In this document: in pieces, positions 28,601 through 36,774 of the stretch
How positions within the stretch are numbered: the first letter of the stretch is position 1
How the letters are laid out: the number at the start of each line of letters is the position of its first letter
IMG/VR virus record: IMGVR_UViG_3300031841_001859
Coordinates: 1-61,389 of that record
From: a virus
Taxonomy: Duplodnaviria; Caudoviricetes
DNA length: 61,389 nt
Direction: 5' to 3' (one strand)
Position numbers and translations under genes: made by a program
Notes under the pieces: model-generated
What the model saw: only the letters and a program-made list of their open reading frames with translations
What the model was told of the DNA's origin: nothing
Databases searched by the model: none

Positions 28601-31600
28601 GAGTTCTCAATCTTTTGAAATAGATGTTTTAGGTGACCATTTAGGAAATGTAACAAATCAAGATATAGCTGCAGGAGTAGCAGGTCTTGTAAGAACTGAT
28701 TTTTCTAACTGTTTTGCATTTGGAAATGGAGTAGAAAGTTATAAAATTTTAGATGCTTCTTATGGTGAACAATTTAATTTAGGAAACAGAACACTAACTA
28801 CAGGAAATACAACTTTTCAAAAAGCTCATAGATTTGCAGACGTAACTTATAGTGGAGTATTTAATGATGAAACTAATGTAAATAAATTAAATGAATTTAA
28901 TCTTGGTCTAGCTAATTTTAAACCACTGGAAGAAACATTTGGTGATGTAGAAATATTGTATGCAAGAAGAGATGATATTCTGGTGTTACAAGAAGATAAA
29001 ATATCCTACGTATTAGCAGGAAAAGATTTATTAAGTGACGCAAGTGGAGATGGACAACTTACATCAGTTCCTGAAGTTTTAGGAAAACAAATTGCTCGAA
29101 TAGAGAACTATGGTATAAGTAATCATCCAGAAAGTTTTGCGGCTTGGGGAGAAAGTAAATTTTTTACCGATGCAAAAAGAAGTGCTGTAATAAATTTAGT
29201 TGGAAGTTCCGCTGCAAACGAGCAGCTTCAAGTTATATCTGAAGCAGGTATGAGAAGTTGGTTTAGAGATTTATTTACTGCTTCGTTTACTACTCAAAAG
29301 CTAGGAGCTTATGACCCTTACATGAATGAGTATGTATTAACCTCTAATACAATATTAAAACCAGAGGTAGCTGTATGTACAGCTTGTGGTGTAAGTAGAA
29401 ACATAACAATTACAGCAGGAGAAACTTTTATTTACTGTGTAGATTTAGAAGAGCAATTAGGGACGGTAGTAGTTAGATATAATATTCCTATTGAAGGTTC
29501 TCAAAATATTATTACTGAGGCTACATCTCAAGATATAGTTACAGAAACAGGAGACAATATAACAACAGAAGGTGGAGTGGGTGTAGTTGGTTATACAGTT
29601 ACAGCTTTATATGATGGTGGAAGCGTAAGTAGTGGGTTAGTATATACAAGCGGACAAATTACTTTTAATAAAAACTCAACAACAGTTAATCAGGTAGTTA
29701 TTGAAGTAAGTTCTAATGCAACTGTAGATGATACTATTGAAATAACAGTAGAATGTCCTTCAGGAACACTTCTTAATTTATATAGTATTTGTGTAACAGA
29801 TGCAATTGATGCAGGTAAATTTATCCACAATGAAGCTAGTTGGACAGACGGAAGTTTATTCTCTGCTACTCAATCAAATCTTGTTCCATTTGGCTCAGGA
29901 ACTGGTGCGTTTGTTATATCACAATACAACTTTATTAATGGAAACCAAGGAGTTGGTTTAATACCGACTAACGGTTCAGTAATGACAATTGCTACAAACA
30001 AAATAAACTTTGATGATTTTCAGTTTAACGCTACAAATAATAACTATGGTTATTTAAGAACTAACACAACTTATGCTAACACAGAAACTGACGTAACAAC
30101 ATTACTAGGATTAGTAAACAATATACCAATTAATACTGCTGGAGCTCCAGGTTATTACAAAGGTTCTTTTACTGTTCCCTCAACAGGTAACAACTTATAT
30201 TTAGTATATGATTACAGAAATCCACCAGCACCAACACCAACCCCACCTGTCTATGATTATAAACAATATCAGCAGTGTAACGATGCAACTGTTTTAACTT
30301 TTGTTAGAGGTGCTTCGGGGTATAGTTTCCCAGGATTTATTAAGTTTGATGGAGAATGTTACGAAAATCCTCAAACCACATCATCAGTATCAAATACTGA
30401 TATTGCACCTTTACCAACGTATGTGGACTGTGCTACTTGTTTAGCAACAGTACCTACGCCTACACCTACGCCTGTAACTTACATTTACAGAGAGTATGAA
30501 GATTGTGAGGATAATACAACTAAACAAATATTTAGATTAGAGGATGGTATTGGGGTTACATTTCCAGGTTTTGTAAAATACAATAATATATGTTACAACA
30601 ACCCTGCAACTACTGGTTCGACCAGTATTGAAAATGTGCCAAGTTTACAGTATGCTAGTTGTAGTGAATGTTTAGGAACTATCGCACCAACACCAACACC
30701 AACACCTACACCGACTCCAACACCTACGCCGCCTACACCGACATATTATTATTGGGCAGTTCAAGAATGTAGCGGAACTAATGTGATTCAAATAAGAACT
30801 ACTGACCCTGATGTTGGAAGTACAAAAATATCAGTTGAATTTGGAGGAGTTTGTTATGAAGTTCAATCAGGAGGTACTGTAAATACAAATGACATATCTG
30901 CTGCTTTTACTGATTGTACTGCGTGTGCTGGTACACCACCAACACCTCCACCGCCTACACCGACACCTACACCGACTCCAACACCTACGCCGCCTACTCA
31001 ATTATGGTATAGATTAACGTCGTGTGGCAACCATGGAGATTGTTGGTTACTAGCATCTCAAGCACCTACTTTTGACCAAAGGTTTGTTGATAGTGCTAGT
31101 AATATAAATTACTTTTATAGATATGCGGGTGATGCAGGTCAAACATATAGCCAAGGTGATTGTTCTGTACAGGCAGTGGGTACGGAAACAGGATGTCCTC
31201 CTGCGCCTACGCCTCCTACGCCACCATCACCACCTCCAACTCCTCCAGCTACTACAGATGTGGAGATTAGAGAGTGTGGCACAACATCGCCAACTTATAA
31301 TGTTACTGTAAACTTCAGCACATCAACTACAGGAGTAGCGTTTAAAGGAACAGGAACTGGAGGTGGTTGTGGAACTACATTTGATGGTTCAAGATGTTGG
31401 GAAGTTATAACATTAGGTGTTTCTGTAGGAAATTGTAACATTACTACAACTCAAATAGGTACTTGTGGTAATTTAACAGATTGTGCTCCACCACCTACAC
31501 CGCCTACACCACCTACTCCTACCCCACCTACTCCTCCTGCAACAGTATACGCAAGATATGGAGATTGTGCTACTGGAGGTAATGATATTATAACTGAAGT

Positions 31601-32024
31601 AAGCGGACCAGGGGGAACAATATTCCCGAATGTATTATTAATATCTGGTATATGTTATGAGTATTTAGACTTAGGAGGAGTAACAGGACCGTTGTACAGT
31701 AATTATACTAGTTACACTGATTGTGCTACTTGTCAGTCGGCAGCACCTACGCCTACACCGCCATCACCACCGACTCCAACACCAAGCTCTTGTTTTGCAA
31801 TAAACAATATAACAAGAAACAATATTAGTGCTAACGATGCTTGTGCAGCAACAAGATTTAATACACATTATTTTGATAATGCCCAATTCTGTGATGCAAC
31901 TCTTTATTATGGTACAGATTCTACTTGTACTAGTTTATATGGATTTGCTACTTATGTGACTAACGGTTCGTATACAAGATATTGGACGGGTACTTCTTTC
32001 CAAAGTTGTATAGGTTGTCCATAA
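25683..32024 (+). CDS. Tail stabilisation (muzzle) protein with a C-terminal Pro-Thr/Cys-rich extension
   Basis: NF..GRMNK...ERLLP.GEY..A.N start; FGYRYKY, NRLVYGNY, GNGVES, YGIS..PESFA, GAYDPY..EY; PT linkers from 30222. Confidence 0.75.
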   Translation: MANLQRNFIAGRMNKSLEERLLPNGEYTNAINVRLGSTEQSEIGSVENSKGNTKLTELAYTNGTKLSNSARCIGSFEDSANETIYWFVHDPAFTQGVTGKLDLIVSYNVRTGGITYHIISIDNGGGVNTTLNFNPSFLITGVDKIDNLLFFTDNVNPPRVINIDRNYQNPTANTSGNQQDQFDRREILVVKQPPLQAPTFQLIQANNEDSYMTDNFICFGYRYKYANAEYSATSQFSEPAFAPKAFNFSAQSFANEGMENKYNAAIVTYNSGSELVKGIDILYKEANDSTIKVIERISKAEEGLSDNTFYTFTFTESKIFSVLPESEILRLYDNVPTLAKAQTLMANRLVYGNYVEGFDLKDTFNQPLTLSYTTSLSQSQIGEETLPVTTAQSSFTAFGFSTTINDSAFRINFSGFESSLVIGATIDFSFTFEHDSWSGSSLPDQTTGPTTVHFSYTLIQDFTSSATPINDLIATADFQAKFGTLTTGIQTVANAQAGSGTTLTDNFNFLLQGQLGTVAPQYDINQTGRTNSTPALPSAGEGIAASVILPATLQLQILAAQYEETGVGTNTIVEYFKITNATASISEVPNSGSLHSNRGYEVGIIYMDSFNRASTALVSTNNTVNIPCSASTTKNEILVSIPVTQRAPSFATRYKFCIKADRDTYDTIYSSIFLEDDNTNNVYFLLEGDNIGKVKDGDRLIVKRDVSGPLSTCTEATVLEVKTQNKDFITVTLNGNAVQVPEGVYMKMNSISFEAKMDEDDIVDEKVPAIKAKAAGNYPVIAYPFFLRDASGAFTSNYTLPIGTRVVMQIEQTRVGTGNQCEPRSSILEQTIICSDTYANIQEFFNNENLQTIIEQNAVVSPADINNVYISTASQSSGLPSGANSGSNGRSSITNIFGSTATSPTSTNYYRLHEDTSTSPNSYYLLVSGTEGCASRSSRGDSQVRVDFTIYRRDSVVVFETEPKPALPDLWYESSQSFEIDVLGDHLGNVTNQDIAAGVAGLVRTDFSNCFAFGNGVESYKILDASYGEQFNLGNRTLTTGNTTFQKAHRFADVTYSGVFNDETNVNKLNEFNLGLANFKPLEETFGDVEILYARRDDILVLQEDKISYVLAGKDLLSDASGDGQLTSVPEVLGKQIARIENYGISNHPESFAAWGESKFFTDAKRSAVINLVGSSAANEQLQVISEAGMRSWFRDLFTASFTTQKLGAYDPYMNEYVLTSNTILKPEVAVCTACGVSRNITITAGETFIYCVDLEEQLGTVVVRYNIPIEGSQNIITEATSQDIVTETGDNITTEGGVGVVGYTVTALYDGGSVSSGLVYTSGQITFNKNSTTVNQVVIEVSSNATVDDTIEITVECPSGTLLNLYSICVTDAIDAGKFIHNEASWTDGSLFSATQSNLVPFGSGTGAFVISQYNFINGNQGVGLIPTNGSVMTIATNKINFDDFQFNATNNNYGYLRTNTTYANTETDVTTLLGLVNNIPINTAGAPGYYKGSFTVPSTGNNLYLVYDYRNPPAPTPTPPVYDYKQYQQCNDATVLTFVRGASGYSFPGFIKFDGECYENPQTTSSVSNTDIAPLPTYVDCATCLATVPTPTPTPVTYIYREYEDCEDNTTKQIFRLEDGIGVTFPGFVKYNNICYNNPATTGSTSIENVPSLQYASCSECLGTIAPTPTPTPTPTPTPTPPTPTYYYWAVQECSGTNVIQIRTTDPDVGSTKISVEFGGVCYEVQSGGTVNTNDISAAFTDCTACAGTPPTPPPPTPTPTPTPTPTPPTQLWYRLTSCGNHGDCWLLASQAPTFDQRFVDSASNINYFYRYAGDAGQTYSQGDCSVQAVGTETGCPPAPTPPTPPSPPPTPPATTDVEIRECGTTSPTYNVTVNFSTSTTGVAFKGTGTGGGCGTTFDGSRCWEVITLGVSVGNCNITTTQIGTCGNLTDCAPPPTPPTPPTPTPPTPPATVYARYGDCATGGNDIITEVSGPGGTIFPNVLLISGICYEYLDLGGVTGPLYSNYTSYTDCATCQSAAPTPTPPSPPTPTPSSCFAINNITRNNISANDACAATRFNTHYFDNAQFCDATLYYGTDSTCTSLYGFATYVTNGSYTRYWTGTSFQSCIGCP
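30222..31786 (+). repeat. Seven Pro-Thr/Pro-Ser linkers alternating with Cys-rich modules
   Basis: PTPTPTPTPTPTPP, PTPPSPPPTPP etc.; exact 35-bp repeat at 30702-30736 and 30963-30997. Confidence 0.9.
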
Positions 32025-32059
32025 TATTTTATATCTTTATATAAATTAAATTAAATCTA

Positions 32060-33316
32060 ATGCACGAAATATCAAACTTTATCACACATGAAGAGTGTGA
32101 CGAACTCATAAAAATGATAGACGCAAACCACACCCGCTCATCTGTAGTGGTAGGTGGCACTGACCGTTCTGATATCACAGACCATAGAACATCAAGCACT
32201 TCAAATTTAGACCCTAATAATGTTATAATTAAAAGTGTTCATAAAAAAATAGCAGACTATTTAAATTTACCGATAAATAAAGGAGAATCTTTGCAAGGGC
32301 AGTTGTATGAACCGGGTCAATATTTTAAACCTCATCACGATTTTTTTAGTGGGCCTGCCTATGATATGCACTGTTTACAATCAGGAAACAGAACGCATAC
32401 TTTAATGATATATTTAAATGATGACTTTGAAGGTGGTGAAACTAACTTTCCTAAGCTATCAGAATCATTTAAAGCTGAAAAAGGAAAAGCGCTTTGGTGG
32501 AAAAATATGATGGATGGGGTTACTGTAGATGATATGCTTCATGAAGGACAACCAGTTGTGTCTGGTAAAAAATATATTGTTACATCTTGGTGGAGAGAAA
32601 ATGGATGGGATGGTGCTGGAGATGAACAAAAACATAAAGAGCTTACAGAAGAACCTGTAAGTGAAGTAGTGGAAGAGGAAAAAGTTTTAGAAAGCAAAGT
32701 GGTTAAGGTTAACAATAATGTTATACAATCAGACTCACCGCTTCCTAAATTAACACCCCTTGGTTTTGAATTAATAAAATGTCCAAGCGATATGTGGAAT
32801 TTAATTAAAGAGTGTTATGAGTTATTAAAATTAAAAGAAGTAGAAGAAAACTTTGACGGTAAAGACCATTATGTGCCAGGAGAAACTACAATGTTAAGTT
32901 TTGATAATTTACCTACAGTTAAAAATATACTACACAAACAATTAAAAGATGTGCACGAAAATTTTTGTGGCAGAAAACTTGACCCTAGTTTTGTTTACGG
33001 TATTAGGTCTTACAAAAAAGGTTCTAGTTTAACTGAACACACAGATAGAATCGAAACACATCACATATCCTCAATAATTATAGTAGATAAAGATTTAAGA
33101 TGTGGATGCCAAAATAAAAAATACGCAGATGACTGGCCTCTTGATATAAAAGGCCACGATGGTGAGTGGTATAAAGTTTATGCGCAGCCAGGAGATATGA
33201 TACTGTATGAATCGGCTGTGTGTGAGCACGCAAGGAAAGAACCGTTCGGCGGAAACTTTTTTAGAAACTTTTATATACATTACAAGTTAAATGATTTTAC
33301 ACTTCCTAGCTCCTGA
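32060..33316 (+). CDS. Prolyl 4-hydroxylase fused to a second 2OG-Fe(II) oxygenase domain
   Basis: NFITHEECD, RTSS, ESLQGQLYEPGQYFKPHHD, TLMIYLND..EGGETNFP, LHEGQPV.SGKKYIVTSW; second domain YGIRSY...EHTDR...WPL...PGDMILYES..EHAR. Confidence 0.85.
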   Translation: MHEISNFITHEECDELIKMIDANHTRSSVVVGGTDRSDITDHRTSSTSNLDPNNVIIKSVHKKIADYLNLPINKGESLQGQLYEPGQYFKPHHDFFSGPAYDMHCLQSGNRTHTLMIYLNDDFEGGETNFPKLSESFKAEKGKALWWKNMMDGVTVDDMLHEGQPVVSGKKYIVTSWWRENGWDGAGDEQKHKELTEEPVSEVVEEEKVLESKVVKVNNNVIQSDSPLPKLTPLGFELIKCPSDMWNLIKECYELLKLKEVEENFDGKDHYVPGETTMLSFDNLPTVKNILHKQLKDVHENFCGRKLDPSFVYGIRSYKKGSSLTEHTDRIETHHISSIIIVDKDLRCGCQNKKYADDWPLDIKGHDGEWYKVYAQPGDMILYESAVCEHARKEPFGGNFFRNFYIHYKLNDFTLPSS

Positions 33317-33911
33317 AGATAAATCCAAATGGTCTCAAAAGTGGCACTACTGTTTAGACTCCTGGAAGAAATCACATTGCTGTATAAAAGTGTGGAATGA
33401 TACTGAAATCGATGAGTTTATTAAATGCAACGACCCAGAATTTTTTAAAGTCTTGGATATGCTACATAAGATATTTAAGCTTGATTATGTTAGGAGTTTA
33501 ATATTAGAAAAGATAGGAGGCGCATACATAGATATGGATGTAGAATTAATATCTCCTTTTATAAACCAAATCGATAGAAATAAAATTTATATTATTGGAG
33601 CTTCATCAGCAGATGAGGTTGTTCAAAACAGCTTAATGATTTCTCCTCCGTCAGATTTTTGGGCACGGTTTCTGACCTACTCCCGAAAAAATATTATTGA
33701 AAATTTAGAAGCAGTACGTGCTTATCCAAATTATGAAGAAAAGTTAAGAGGTACAATTGTTAGAAAAACCGTTGGACCTATTGCTTTATCTGAGTTTATT
33801 GAACAAGACAAAGAAAATGTAGAAATATTACCAGCAAACTTATTTAATAATTCACAAGGTATTTGTTTCACCAAACACCATCAAACAGGTATATGGGGCT
33901 TTATTGATTAG
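33291..33911 (+). CDS. Glycosyltransferase, GT32/OCH1-like DxD family
   Basis: CLDSWKK...W.D, KLDYVRSLILEKIGGAYIDMD, NSLM.SPP, TVGP, HH.TG.W. Confidence 0.8.
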   Translation: MILHFLAPEDKSKWSQKWHYCLDSWKKSHCCIKVWNDTEIDEFIKCNDPEFFKVLDMLHKIFKLDYVRSLILEKIGGAYIDMDVELISPFINQIDRNKIYIIGASSADEVVQNSLMISPPSDFWARFLTYSRKNIIENLEAVRAYPNYEEKLRGTIVRKTVGPIALSEFIEQDKENVEILPANLFNNSQGICFTKHHQTGIWGFID

Positions 33912-33952
33912 CACCAATAAATTTTCGTAAATTTGTACTTTAATTATATATA

Positions 33953-35524
33953 ATGGCAAACTGTATATCGTATGACTTGATTTGTCCTATTGGAGCAACA
34001 GGAGGAGAATGTAGATGGTCTATTAGTTGTTGTGATGGAAGTTTTCAAAGAGTTATACTTCAAGAAGGAGAAATTTCTACCCCTTGTATAGATAAGGATT
34101 CAACATTTTATAACGGAGAACCTGTAGCACAAAACTCTATATCAGGTACTTTTACTCCAGTAGATGTTCCATGTACAAGTGCTTGTGGTACAGTTAATCC
34201 AGCGCCAAATCCAACTCCGCCGAGTCCTCCGACTCCCCCTACACCGCCGAGTCCTCCGACTCCTGCGCCAACGCCAGCCCCTGATTATTGTTTAGGAGCT
34301 GAGAATGAAGTTACAATTCAAAATATTAGCGGAAGTAATAAGTATGTGTTTGGTGGAAACTATGGTACATACGGAACTAATGTAGGAACATACGTATTGA
34401 AAAACGTTCCGGCAGCACATCCAATTGCTATACAAAATTATAATTTAACTGGTTCAATTACATATACAGGTACAAATGCGGTTGGGCCTAAAGTTGGTTT
34501 AGATGGGAATACATATACATATTATTGGGGAGATGTAACAATTACTGTTCTTGGTTTTTATGGAACTATAAGTTATGAGTGTTACTATCATGGATATATG
34601 GGTGGTCAGAATAATCTAATTTATAATTCAACTACTTGTAGCGTACCAAGTCCAACGCCACCTGCTCCGACTCCGCCTACGCCTCCTACACCTAGTACAG
34701 TTCCTCCTGTGCCATCACCGGTTACAACGGAATATACTTTAACGTATGCTGGCAGTGTAAAAGGATGGCCCTCATTTTATTCTTATATACCAGAATATAT
34801 GATGGGTATGAATAATTATTTGTATTCTTTTAATGGTGGTAATTTATATAAACACAATACAAATGAAGTTAGAAATAATTTTTATGGCCAACAGTATGAT
34901 TCTCAAATAACAAGTGTGTTTAATCAAAACCCGCTAGAGAATAAAATATTTAAAACTATAAACCTAGAATCAGATTCTGCATGGACAGTTAACTCAAAGA
35001 CAGATATACAAGATGAAGGATATGTTGACTACAGGTGGTTTGAAAAGAAAGAAGGTGCATACTTTGCATACCTTAGAAAAACAAATCAAATACCAGCGCC
35101 TGATAATGAATTTGCGCTAAGGTCTGCTAATGGTATTGGAAAAACTTCTGGATGGAATTTACAAAGCAATGTGCTTACTGTAAACTTTTCTGTAAACCCA
35201 CTGGTATCTATTGGCGATATAGTTAGTATAGGTGATTATCTTTATTTTTCTGAACCTCAATATACCACTGTAAAATTTGCAGGACAAATAACTAATATTG
35301 AGGTAGATTTAAGAAGTGGTATAAACAGATTGTTTGCTAATACAAACATAACAGGTGCACAAACGATAGGTGTTACAGACCCCTATATGTTATACATTAA
35401 AAATATTGAGGCAGAAGTAAACGGTATGTTAGGTCATCAATTAAACTTTACACTTACAAATCCAAGTACAACTTCAGTTGAACTCTTTGCTGTAGAGGCT
35501 GAAGTTATGAAAAGCTATCCGTAA
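33953..35524 (+). CDS. Tail protein: Cys-rich module, PT linker, cupredoxin-like module, PT linker, muzzle C-terminal-type domain
   Basis: PT runs at about 34197-34283 and 34644-34720; AHPIAI...CYYHGYMGG; TLTY..SVKGWPSFYSYIPE...KIFKTINLES...FEKKEG. Confidence 0.7.
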   Translation: MANCISYDLICPIGATGGECRWSISCCDGSFQRVILQEGEISTPCIDKDSTFYNGEPVAQNSISGTFTPVDVPCTSACGTVNPAPNPTPPSPPTPPTPPSPPTPAPTPAPDYCLGAENEVTIQNISGSNKYVFGGNYGTYGTNVGTYVLKNVPAAHPIAIQNYNLTGSITYTGTNAVGPKVGLDGNTYTYYWGDVTITVLGFYGTISYECYYHGYMGGQNNLIYNSTTCSVPSPTPPAPTPPTPPTPSTVPPVPSPVTTEYTLTYAGSVKGWPSFYSYIPEYMMGMNNYLYSFNGGNLYKHNTNEVRNNFYGQQYDSQITSVFNQNPLENKIFKTINLESDSAWTVNSKTDIQDEGYVDYRWFEKKEGAYFAYLRKTNQIPAPDNEFALRSANGIGKTSGWNLQSNVLTVNFSVNPLVSIGDIVSIGDYLYFSEPQYTTVKFAGQITNIEVDLRSGINRLFANTNITGAQTIGVTDPYMLYIKNIEAEVNGMLGHQLNFTLTNPSTTSVELFAVEAEVMKSYP

Positions 35525-35545
35525 AAATTAGTATCTTTGCATAGA

Positions 35546-35953
35546 ATGGAATTTAACATAAATGAATTAAATCCTTCTGATTATGAAGAAGTTTTGGTAA
35601 ATTGGTGGAAAGAATGGGGTTGGACTCCTCCACCGAAAGAATTTTTACCAGAAGATGGACAAGGAGGAATAATGGTTTCATACAAAGATAAACCTGTTTG
35701 CGCAGGTTTTGTGTATTTTACCAACTCAAAAGTATCGTGGGTAGAATGGATTATCTCAGATAAAAATGTAGATAAAAAATTAAGACACGATGCAGTAAAA
35801 CACTTGATTGGATTGCTGACAAGCATCTGTCAAGAACAAGGAAGTAAATTTGTTTACGCTATCCTTAAAAATGATAACCTAATGAAAACCTATGAAGAGT
35901 GGGGTTATGTACAAGGAGATGTAAACTGTAATGAAATGATAAAAAAAATATAA
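35546..35953 (+). CDS. GNAT-fold-like protein at the T7 gp13-equivalent position
   Basis: PVCAGFVY.TNS.VSWVEWIISD...L.K.YEEWGY; ATG 35546 follows a -7 element. Confidence 0.55.
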   Translation: MEFNINELNPSDYEEVLVNWWKEWGWTPPPKEFLPEDGQGGIMVSYKDKPVCAGFVYFTNSKVSWVEWIISDKNVDKKLRHDAVKHLIGLLTSICQEQGSKFVYAILKNDNLMKTYEEWGYVQGDVNCNEMIKKI

Positions 35954-35954
35954 T

Positions 35955-36764
35955 ATGCCAATAGGTTCAGCACTCGCAGCAGCGGGAACATTCTTAGCTA
36001 AAACAGCATTGCCAGCAGTGGGTACATTTTTAAAAACAAAAGCACTACCAGCAGTGGGTAAATTTGTTACAAAAGAAGCACTACCAGCACTTGGTAAAGC
36101 GGCTGTTTCAAAAGTAGGAAGTCAATTACTATCTAAAGGTGCGCCAGCAGCTTTTAGTTTTGGACAAGCCAGAAACGCTAGACAGCTTCAAGGAGAATAT
36201 CAAGGCCAGATAGATGATTTATTTGCAAGCGCACAAGGTAGATTAGATATGGATAGATTCGCAGGGTTATCTGTTCCAACCACAGGATTAGAGTTAGCTC
36301 TCGACGCATCTCGAGCAACTGCTGGAGACTTCTTGCAGCGTGTAGCAGAGGGAGACCAAAGAGGTTTAGCAGCTGGTGGAAGAGCGCTTATGGCTATACA
36401 AGAGGCTCAGCAAAAAGCTGGAGCAACGTATGATGATAGACTAGCTAACTTACAATTAAGACAAGCTATAGGTGGACAACAAGCAGATGCTGCCGCAGCA
36501 GAGTTAGAGCTTGAACAAGTAAAAGGTTTACAAGGAATGTTAGCTGACCAAAGAGCAAGACAAATGGGGGCAACAGGAGCAGGTATTGATTTATTAAGTC
36601 AGTTAGCTGCTGGCCTTGCTAAGAAAGACCCATTTGATGGGGATGAAAGTAGTGATTTAGAAGAAGATATTGTAGAGACAGGAAGAGATTCAATGGGTGG
36701 TTTCTCAGGAGGCGGCTCAAGTAGTGGTAGTGGAATGGCTGGGTTTACAGGAGCAACAGCTTAA
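35955..36764 (+). CDS. Putative internal virion/ejection protein
   Basis: Ala/Gly/Gln-rich; N-terminal 12-aa amphipathic repeats. Confidence 0.6.
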   Translation: MPIGSALAAAGTFLAKTALPAVGTFLKTKALPAVGKFVTKEALPALGKAAVSKVGSQLLSKGAPAAFSFGQARNARQLQGEYQGQIDDLFASAQGRLDMDRFAGLSVPTTGLELALDASRATAGDFLQRVAEGDQRGLAAGGRALMAIQEAQQKAGATYDDRLANLQLRQAIGGQQADAAAAELELEQVKGLQGMLADQRARQMGATGAGIDLLSQLAAGLAKKDPFDGDESSDLEEDIVETGRDSMGGFSGGGSSSGSGMAGFTGATA

Positions 36765-36774
36765 AATATAGATT

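Noticed and set aside
30222-31786. CRISPR-like array
   Set aside because: The repeats are in-frame Pro-Thr codons of variable length separated by ~200-bp coding modules.
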